Below are positions 16,153-27,574 of a stretch of 64,000 nucleotides of DNA, in pieces. The DNA is taken from NCBI RefSeq assembly GCF_009914755.1, contig NC_060937.1. One strand, written 5' to 3'. Made by a program: the position numbers and the translations under genes. Source of the DNA: the human T2T-CHM13v2.0 reference genome, Homo sapiens. The notes below the pieces were generated by a model. That model saw nothing but the letters and a program-made list of their open reading frames with translations, was not told where the DNA came from and did no database searches. Each line of letters begins with the position of its first letter. Within the stretch, counting starts at the first letter, position 1.

Positions 16153-16647
16153 CTGTCCAAAGGAAAAGTTATCTTCATCAGCTTCCATAAAACATGTGGA
16201 GGGCTAACTCAAATGAGTACAACTATACTATGTAAGGGTCAAGAGAGATGCATTTTGGTAAAATGTAATGAGCCTGTCTTATATTCTGATATTCAGATAT
16301 AGCCTAGAATTGCCAATAGATATGGAGGTCCTTACATAACGCTTGCAAATTCAGAACCAATCATGATAACTACAGTTTCATAGCAAAGAATGGGATGAAA
16401 CTTAGATCACATGAAGAAGGGAAGAGAGTAAGCAAACAAAAAGATAAGGAAGTGAAGTCATATCTAATCATTCCAAATAACTTTTATCCCAGGGATATAC
16501 ATAAAGTTATATTCTAGTAAGTGTATAACATTCTATTCCACCAAAATTCAACCCTTAGGGTGAACTTGTATTTGTTTGGGAGTGATCTTTGTGTTTCTTT
16601 TGACCTCTTGAACACTCTTATCTCATAAGAACAAATTTTATACATAC

Positions 16648-16705
16648 TTTGCCTCGACATTTGCTTTTCTTGATAATTTTCAGAGCGTACTCTCTAGCAG
16701 TCGAT
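16648..16705 (-). CDS. DCLK1: DCLK1 exon 9 (58 nt): (R)STAREYALKIIKKSKCRGK, catalytic Lys
   Basis: YALK (VAIK-equivalent) motif. Acceptor ctcttcgcag|ATCG, donor AAA|gtatgt, phase 2/0. Confidence 0.97.
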
Positions 16706-16970
16706 CTGCGAAGAGAAAGTTCATGTTTTTAAAATAAAACTTAACTTCAAATCTATTGAATTATTTTGTCAGGGATCAATTTCCTACCCCATAGATCTTG
16801 CATCATGTTGTAAATATTTTGTGAAAGGATTTCCTTTCCTTTTTTAAAAAAAAACAAATAAATATGTAAACGTTGATGGACTGACCAAGTGTAAGGACAG
16901 TAAGTCTGCTGGCATAGAGAAATCTTGGGCTATTTATGTTGCCGTACTTGTAATAAAAACACTAGCACTG

Positions 16971-17078
16971 GCACTTTGTTCCTCGAATTGCCCACTTGTC
17001 CCTCTTCCAAGTGTACTTTCCTTCCTTTTCTTACTGTTGGAAAACTTTCTAATAAACTTCCACTCCTGCTCTCAAAAG
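16971..17078 (+). mobile_element. Short retroposed LTR 3' (R-region) fragment, MER41-like, with TSD
   Basis: 15-nt TSD AAAACACTAGCA(C/T)TG at 16956 and 17079. AATAAA at 17051, then A-rich tail. Family assignment from memory. Confidence 0.7.
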
Positions 17079-18419
17079 AAAACACTAGCATTGCTAGTGT
17101 GTCTTAGCTTCTCCTGCTGCCAGGTTACTCTTCCCTCCCCTTCCCTCCGAAGTGATGTAGCAGCAGCCTAAAGCAGAGATGAGTTTCCGCCCTTCCCCTT
17201 TCCTCAAGTCTCTCCTGAGGTTCTCTATCCACCCAGGGCACCTATGACAGTTTTCTGAATGTTCATGCAATTACACTGAAGACTCTAGAGAAAGCACTCC
17301 ACGCTCTTTAGACCTCAGTTCAGTGTGAGAGCCTGTGTGAGTTCCGCTGGAGAACTCATAGATGATATGGTCAAGGTGTAAAGAAAGGGATAAAATCTAT
17401 TTCAGAGCTCCCTGGGGACCCCTGGGCCCTTTTATGGGCTGTCTCATTTCTTTGAAAGAAAATGAAGGTGACAGTGGAAATCCACTCACTTCCCAAAGCC
17501 ACATGGCAGCTTTAAAATTGGACTCTGAGTTCTCCAGGCCCCTGCTCCCTGCATAGCACAGTGAACGCCGCCCCTCCTCTGTGATAGGTGTAGGAGGAAG
17601 GATTTAGTCGTATCGCTACCTTTAAACAGCTTCCTGATTTGTGCTAACATTGCTAAGAAACTGTAGTGACAAACACAAGAACACGTCTATTATTAAAGGG
17701 CACAATGCATACTTCATAATCATAGTAAACCACGATTTCACAAGCATTGCTGTTTTATTTCTGGTGTGAAATCGGGAGAGCCTAGCTTTTTACCTATAGA
17801 TAAAAGCCAATTTTGTGGATCCAATGGACACAAATAGTAATGAGGTTAATTAAGAACATGCTTTTAAAATAGGACTTTAAAATCTTCAGTATGGTGAATT
17901 AAGTGGGATTTCCTGGTTATATGGTTACAGCAAGAAAATGATTTGCCTCTAAGCGAATCAAGAGACCAGGCGTTAATGTGTTTTGAGGGCATTCTAGAAA
18001 TTTTTCATGTCATTTACTCCTAAAAATGCTTCTTCCATGACACTTCCAGGCTTTTTCATGGTGCCGGCCTCAAAAAACAGTGAACACTGAATTATGATTC
18101 TATCTGCTGAATAAAATCACAAGATGATGACTTCGAAGCCTCTTTTCCTCACTAGAGGGCTTTGGGGTTCAGGTGGTAGAAGGTAAACCCTTTGCTTCGG
18201 GGCTCCCCTCCTGCAGATATGCGGCTGTCCAGAGGAATTCCCATAGCTGTCACTCAGGAAGGGAATGCACTAGAAGCCCAAGGATGCCCCTGCCACTGTC
18301 TCTGTTGATCTTTCAACAAAGACTCTGCCATGGCTGGGCAGAGAGGCCATGATGGGATGTGAGCCAGGCTGTGGCTAAATGCAGGGCTTGGTGTGCTAGA
18401 TGTTCCCACATAAACACTA

Positions 18420-18827
<408 letters not shown>

Positions 18828-20368
18828 TCACGTGTGAAGAGATTCTTCATTGTAGAAGCTCTATATCCTATAAGACCACAGGGTCCCTCTAAGTAGCTTC
18901 TTCTTAAGAGGCTCCTGTAGAGTTTGTCTACAAACTTGAAAATACTTAATCGAGGAAAACTAAAAGCTCAAGTGTTTCTGGATTCTGCTTTTCATAAATT
19001 ACTAAAAAATTATGATAAAGCAAATCTCAGGTTGGAATACATGAGCAATTTCCTATCTGGCTTAACATGTCCCATTGGATGGCAGGGAATCTAGACCATT
19101 GCACTGCCTGCCTGGGTAACCATCAGCAATCCCAGGCAAGGCCAGAGAGCAAGAAGGGATGTTTGTGAGACTGAAAAATAAAAGCTGCCGTTCCCTTCAC
19201 CACCTCCACAAAGGGGATGGATGGACAGGACCGTGCTGGTCAGAAGAGAAAGTGGTTTCTTAGCTTGGTGATTTCCCCATGTTTGCCATTTGATGCTCTT
19301 TTCCCTTGAAGGAGTAATTTTAAAGCACTCAATCCTCAGGGCTGGTGTAGAGCACAGGAGGGCTGAACCCCCTTTACAGCCAGCCAGACAAGAAGCAGGA
19401 TCCCCAGTGAGCCAGAGGGTGTGTTGGCTCCCAGCAGGCCAAGGAAGCAGGTTCTGTCCTGAGCCTACAGCTGAGGGGAAGAGGGCAGCAAACCTAGGGC
19501 TTACTAGGAACAAAGACCTTGTGGATTTCCACTATACAACCTTTCGTAATAGGATTAAACCTTCCATTACATCTACTCATATTTCATAGTGGACAATGAG
19601 CTCCACAGAGGACCACCAAATTAATGTTGCATCTTTTCTTTTTTGATTCCCTGAGGGCCGAACTACAAAGCCACATAATAAAATCCATAATAAAAGCCAC
19701 ATAATAAAAATTAATTCCTAGAATCACAGGTTTATAGGAAAGTAGCTAGTCTAGAAAGTGTGCCTGAAAACAGGTGTTAGGAGACTAAATGTGTGTCATA
19801 AGAATAAGAATATAAGTGTCTGCTTTAAGTGAAAACACTTGGCAAGAAATCGAATCTTATATAATGAATTCGCCTTCCTGCATACCTCGAACTCTGAGGA
19901 CTGCTGTGCCTGTGTAATTATTCAGCAGTGGGACGCAGGGCTCTTTGGTGGATTCAGAGGGGAACGAGACCTGATCCTTGTCTTTAAGGTGTCTATGTTT
20001 GAGTGTACTCAGAAGAATACTAGATGACCTGACTGATTACTGGTGAGGTGAATACAGGCCGTTTGCTTGCTTGTTTTTGAAATTATGTTCTTGACCTTTT
20101 ACAGAACCCTCTTTACCACAACAAAACCAGCAGCAACAGAAAACTTTGTCTTCCTCCTTGACTAAGGGAAATCAATTTGTAAGGCTGCCTTCTTATTAAG
20201 TGTGACCCAAGGTTAGAACCCAAACTACTAGAGGGAAATTTTCAAATTTTACAAACTTTAATTAAATCCAACTTTTGGTGTTTGTGCTAAAAATGGTTTG
20301 GAGACAGCTGTCTTGTTCAACTGAGTGATTCCCAACTCAGGCCAGTCTTCTGCCCACTGCACCCCTCA

Positions 20369-20704
<336 letters not shown>

Positions 20705-23700
20705 GGTGGTGGTGTGGAAATGGCTAGCAAAGATTGGGATGCTCTAAGCTAACATGGTTTCTCTTGTTGCTGTTGTTTGCTATGTTTTGAAGGATTTAGA
20801 AAAAGAGTATATGGAGAAGGAAAAGCAGCTCCCAAGCATTCCTCTCCCATAGCATTCATTGAATTTCATGGCAATCCTTGTTTGTGGGTAAAGTTCTCTG
20901 TATGGGGCTGTGTCTTGTCTCTCTCTGTAACCCCAGAAGTGCCCAGCATAAGCCTGAACTAGGAGGTGCTCTGCATATATTGTGGAAACTCCAGAGGATG
21001 GTGGCAGTTAGCACAATGACAGGAATACCACCCTCAACACTAGCAAAAAGGAGTTAGTAACACACCGTTTGTTTACCAAGTAATCCTAACAAAGCCCAAT
21101 CTCAGCCTCCTCCATAAAGAGATAACTGCCAAGAGCAGAGAGCAGAGAACTGAGGCATTCCACAGTGTCTTGTCAGACAGCTCCCAAGTGGAATTTGATT
21201 TTGAATTTGACAAGGGCCCCATGGCTCTCAGGAGCCAGAGGCTCCTCAGGAAGGAAAGAAGGAAGAACAGTAATCCACTAGCCAAGAGCAGTGATCTAAG
21301 CTTTCAGCACAAGGCATCCTCCAAATTCCAGTTCTGATGGAAATGCTTTCAAACTATAGACACATGGTCGCTTTGTTGAGGTTATTGAGAATTTTGAAGA
21401 TTTTCTAGGTGGAAGCAATGCATTTTGGTGACCCTAAGATCTCTGCTTGTTCTGCTGGATTTGAGCCTGCTTGTGTTCATTGCTAGAGCCAGCAGCTTGG
21501 GGCACACATCCTCAGGCTTATAGGTGCCGGTGGGAGAGACAGAAGCATCCGCAGCAAGGATTTTAATTCATCTCTGGTGCCTATATCACTAAGCAATGCC
21601 AGCAGTGCAGGTGGGGAAGACGACCAAGAGCCACCGGGGGCACCATCCCTGCTCATGACTATATCACCCCAACCCTTGGCTCGTGTAGTTATTAGTCCAC
21701 ACGGAGCCAGGAAAGTTAGGGATGAAAGGCATCTCACATCACGCCCTCTACTTATGCTCTGACCGCTCATTAGAGCTTTTCTGCTCTTTGAGTTTGCTAT
21801 GGGGCCTCAAAATGCTCCACGAAACAGCTTCAAAGTAGAGCATGTCTCTTCCAGCTGGAGTCACAGTCCACTAACTTCCTTTAGTATGTCCCAGGTACCC
21901 CAGAGGCCACTCAAGAAGTTACTCCTGGAGCATGGGCAGAAATCTAAATGGACCTAGCTGCCAAAGACTATGCCGGAACAGGACCACAGAAAGACATCGT
22001 TATTGTGTCCATTGTTGTAGACAAATCTTGCCTGTGACAGGATATGATTAGCAGAGGAGAGGCATATTCACCCTTGGTAATACATATTCATCCTTCCAAA
22101 CACAGCAGAATGTACCCGCAAGCAATGTGTGCCATTCACAACATTCTTAGCTCGCTTTTTATTTTCTTGGACCTCTGGAAAATATTAGAAGAATGTTTTC
22201 TGATACCTCTGGGGACAGAGGGCACATGCCATATGTCCTCGTTCAGCAGGAGCCGAATACTAACTTCATGGAGCAATCTGGTGTTTAGGTTCTGAAGTTT
22301 CATACAGTGAGACCCAAGATGTGAACTCACGCAAAACAAACACAATCCAAGTTAGAAAGAAACAAATTGATTCTGGATGGAGAAATGGGAAATTTCTATT
22401 GTGAGAAGGCCAGTCCTGTTGGACCAAGACACCAGCCCAATCCAAGAACTAGCTAGGAGAAACAGCACATGCCACCATGTCAGACTTAACAGATGATAGA
22501 TGCTGGCAAATCACCAGACACCCCACAGCTCAGGGGCATGGCAATCTGCTAGAAATGGGGTTTTCTGCTACAGTAGAAATAAAGCCAAAAAAAGCCAGAT
22601 TTACTATCAGTAAAAGCATCAATGAAATATAAAATTATATAAGCACACATTTATTTGCATGCACGCTTCTATCCATTACCATAGGAATGGCTTTCCCAAA
22701 TTAATTAGTCTTATTTGTACAGGGCCAAAGGGAACGTGTGTGATTTTGGCTCAGCTAAGCCAGAGTCTTATGGGAGGCTCCTTACTAGTGGAGTAAAGTG
22801 GTTAAAAGTGTGGTTTTTGGAGCTGGGCTCGGACCTATGTCTTGCTAAGTACTTCTTACCTGACTGACCTTGGGCGCTTAACATGTCCATGTTTTCTATC
22901 TATAACGTGGAGACAACAATACTGATATTATGAAAGTATTGTGTTAATTAAATGAAATGTCATAAATTAAGGACTTTGTAGATAGTTTATGCTCAGCAAA
23001 ATGAGGTTGCTCCTGCTTTGGGAGGTGTGAGGCCCAGGAATGCAATGGACATTTTCCATGTTTGGCACAAATGTGCCAAATGGCCAAGCTTCGTGGAGAG
23101 GTGGGGGAATGAGAGGGAGAGAGGAGAACGGTGGCCTGGCAGCATCAACTCACAGATTTTTCAAGCTCCCTATGACTCGTGCCCCTCCTGGATGCACAGT
23201 GGCTGCTCAGCTGGGTCTCTGTCCCTGTTGGGAATATCCTAGCCTTGCTGAAGTGTTGGAGTAGAACAAGGTTTGAGATCCTCTGCACAAAGGTCCATAA
23301 GGAGGACTCTGCTACCTGAGCTGGGGAAGCAGCTTCCAAAGAGCCGCAAGGGGTGCCAGGAGCACATAAGTGACTATTGGCCAAATGAAGAACCCTCATG
23401 AGATGTGGGGCCCTGTAGAGACTACCAGCTCTGATATGGCAGGAACCTGTGCTTCTAAATCAAAGCCTGTAGAGGAGGCAAGGTCTAGATCTTCCAGGCC
23501 AAAGCCTTCTCATCTGTCTTCTCTCCTCAGTCGTCCTCTCTGAGTGGAGCTTAGGAGTGTGATTCTCGGAGGATTAAGAATGGGCAGGGTGTCCAGCCCC
23601 ACTGCGGGCAGAGAAAGGTGACAGGGAAGTGTGTACCCCCCAGTCCAGCCCCCAGAAAGCCAGAGGACACAGTCCCTCAAGGAATGAGGCAAGTTCCCCC

Positions 23701-24430
23701 AACTTTGCAGTATTCTGCCCACCAGCCCTGAGGAGAAGCTGCTGGCTGACCAGCTCCCCTAAAGCAAGCAGCTGCTCAGGAAAAGAAACCCAAATCTGAT
23801 ACCGAGTGGAGGGCTTGAGGCCCCCGTAGCTGGGTTGTAACTTTATCAGTTGTCACTTTTCCGTCTAGTAGCCACCAGCTAACGTCCTCCATTAGGTATC
23901 TAGAACCTCAGGATAAACCCTTCCCTTTGGGCCACAGAGTACCGGGTTCATTCATTTTAATACGTCTTAATGTGTTAAATACCACTTCTGTTGGGGTCAA
24001 TACATATGCATTTTAAAGCTTTTCAAGATGATCGTGTATGTATTTCATCCTATGCTAGTATGCATTACAGACATATACTCTCACAAGAACTTTCTGACCT
24101 CTACAAAATGTCATAAAAAGTGTGTGAGAAAAACTATTCAATATGGTTTTTAACAACAATAAAAAGGCTTACCTGAAAGAGCTGGCAACGTCTCTCTGAG
24201 TACATTTAAAAAAATCAAAGTCTTTAATTTATAGATTGTCCCCAGGTATCACTACATTTTTCAAATCTGTTGTTAGATGGGTCTTTCTTTTGCAAAAAAT
24301 TCTTTTGCATTTGGGGTTGAGACATTAACTTATTCCATATGTGCCACAGACTGGAAATAGAGACACAATCTTGGAAAACATAACGCCAAATGTAACCTTT
24401 AAGGTTTGATGCAAATGATATCCTTCTCAC

Positions 24431-24539
24431 CTTTCTACACATTCCTTGACAACAGCAAAATTTCCATCTCCTATTGTTCTTCCGACTTTATATCGTTCTG
24501 TTATTGTAGCTGGAATCTGGAAGCCTTCCTCCGACACTT
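24431..24539 (-). CDS. DCLK1: DCLK1 exon 8 (109 nt): (E)[35 protein letters not shown](R), kinase Gly-rich loop
   Basis: GDGNFAVV motif. Acceptor ttctttcag|AAG, donor AAAG|gtgaga, phase 1/2. Confidence 0.98.
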
Positions 24540-26181
24540 CTGAAAGAATCATTAATACTTTTTTATTGGTTGAAAAGGGAACACAGATGTTGCACAAGGA
24601 AACATTTAAAAGTATCATCTAATTGACTGGAATGGATTCAGAATCAATATGTCATTCTCTGTACAGTGAGGCAACTGCCTCCCCACCCTTGCTGACATTG
24701 TATATACTCAACAGTTTTTACTAAGACAAATGATAAAATAAAAAGAAACGTAAGGGGTCCACTCCCACCTATATAAGAGAAACTTGAGTTTTCTGATGCC
24801 GTAGGGATTCTCAGGAGGAAGCTTTGCTCCTTTTACTTCACGCCAATTTGATCAATAGTGTTTACTGAATACCCACTGTGTACAGAAAAATAGCATTCCC
24901 ATGTATGGCGCAGGAGGCAACCGCAGTTCGCAAGGGACTCTGGGCTGCTTGACACTGTACAAGCATGAAAATTGCCTGCTGTTTGGACACTTAGTTTTAC
25001 TACATCCTGAAATGGAAATCTCCGTAAAATTCCTCATGAACTAAGCACTGATGGCCACCCGTCCTCGGTATCAACGAGCAGACTTTAGACAAATGTTCTC
25101 ACCAGCAATCTGCATAGCAGATGTTGAGTTAAAACTACACTATCTATTATGTCTGTGAATGGAACAGTTTTGTAGTTTCAATTATGTTAGTGCCACTAAC
25201 ACAACACATTTTCCCCCTGAAAATGCATTTTGAAATATTTTACAAATGCCTAATAATGCTTTAAATATCTAAGGCCATAAAACTAAATAAGCCACAGTTA
25301 GGTCACGTAAATATACTGAATAACCTTTAACATCTTAAGGGTGTAAAAAGTCTTTTATAGCTGGGCTCTAAAATGTACATGTTTTAAAGTGATAAATCCC
25401 AGCTCTCCCTCAGGCAACCTGAATGCAAAATGTGATGGAACCCCGGTGTGTTTTCTAAATGCACTCCTCTTCCGACCTTTCGTCATAAACTGAGACTAAA
25501 CATCTCTCCTCAAAATAAAACTTTAGGTGGTGAATGGGCTTTCTTAGTAGTTTTTGTATTCATGCTTGCTCTGTATTGTTGGAGACTCATAATCATCAGA
25601 TATCTGCATGAGGGCCTTTCTTCTCGATTTATGATGATGCTCAGTTGGCATCAATCTGAATTCTAGAGGGGATGAAATTTCTGGAAAGCGTTGAACAAAT
25701 GTAGGACATTTGCTGCTGCTACTTTTGTCCTTGGCATTGGTACAGCCTCTTCACCCCTTTATAGGTGACATTTCCCTCTTACCCTGCTAGAAGCCATCTA
25801 GGTGGTCTCTAGAATAAAGTGAGGGCTGCAGCCAATCCCCCTAACCCCATCTCACCCCTCTAAAGAAGCCACAATTTTGCCTCTGTTTGAAGGACTCAGC
25901 CAGGGGAGTTTTGTCTACTGCAAAGCACCCAAATTTACAAAACAGCTCCCAGATGACACAATCTTAAGGCTCTTTACTATGTGGCTAAGAAAGGAACCCT
26001 CCTTGGCTGTTGGGTACAAGTGTGACCCTGCAGGTGGGAAATGGAAGAAGGTACTTCCATTCTGCCTTCTGGTGGGAGCATTCACTGAGACACCCATTCA
26101 AAGCACGTGGCTTGGGATTTTTTTTCCTTGACTATTCATAAAAGGTACCTTTCCTCACTTTTGGTTAAGAAGGCTAAGCCA

Positions 26182-26501
<320 letters not shown>

Positions 26502-27489
26502 TTAGCCAAAGGCTTAAATCAAGAACCATTTCATTTCATTCAAAGGATACAAAACACTTTGGAACAAATGAGACTTCTATGTGGCTGAATTTCATATTTC
26601 TGGAAATACAAAAAATTCTGAAGTTGCATTGTAGTCAGAAAATAATTATACTGTAAATCACATATTTCACTGAATATAATAAAAGCACTTCCCAAAGGGT
26701 ACTTTTTTCGGAAAAAAAATTAAATCATATCATTTAAAACAAGTAAGAGAAGCAGATTCCTTAACAGTGGCTTGATGGTATCACTTTTATCTTTTCCAAA
26801 TACTTCCCCACAGTTGATTTGAACCTGGTAACAGCCTTCAGGAAGGAAATAGGTGTGATTCACAATCTCCATTTCATAGGAGAGGAAGTAAGACGCAGAG
26901 AGTTGAAAATGCTTGTCCAAAACAATCCAGTGAGTTAGTGAAAAAGTCATTTCTGGAATCCTGATCATTTGACCACATCACAGAGACATTCTGCAGTGAA
27001 TTACCTCAAGAATATTTTTGCAATTTCCACCAATTCTTTTTGTAAAACCATATTTCATGTATTGAGTTCACTTAATTTAGAGTACATCTGTGAGACTACA
27101 ACAGTCAAAAGAATAAATTGTCTTTAAATTTGGCCTTTGTTCACTTAAAGTAACACTAAAAGTGAACAGAGTTTGGGAAAACAAAAGCAGCCACGATCCC
27201 AGCGATCCCCTCTTATTTCCAAAGCAGGCAATAGCTGGCCTTCTTAGGATACATATGCCCTCAGAGGATGGGAAATGTCTCCGAAATGGGCCAACTTCCC
27301 CTTCCCATTCTCACAGAGCAGATACCAATCCCTGGTGGGCACCATATTCAACCCTATCCCCTTGTGATTGACCCTCAGGAGCTGCTCAGCCTTGTCCATG
27401 TCATTCCGCTTGAGAAGCCACAGTTTCTTGGAGTAAATTTAGCCAACCCATCCTCTGCCTCCTCAGATACCAAGTCCCAAGCTCATCAC

Positions 27490-27574
27490 CTTCTCCAGGG
27501 CCATCGTTCTCATCCATCGAGCTGCAGACTTTGGTGGACGCAAGTGACGTAGAGGAGCCGCCATGCTGAGAGCT
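27490..27574 (-). CDS. DCLK1: DCLK1 exon 7 (85 nt): [28 protein letters not shown]
   Basis: Acceptor ttcccctacag|AGC, donor GAAG|gtgatg, phase 0/1. Matches DCLK1. Confidence 0.96.

Noticed and set aside
19091-19589. Overlapping 140-aa and 99-aa ORFs
   Set aside because: No homology or splice support recognised; consistent with chance ORFs.
19667-19709. 17-nt direct repeat AAAGCCACATAATAAAA
   Set aside because: Ordinary slippage duplication; only two copies, not an array.
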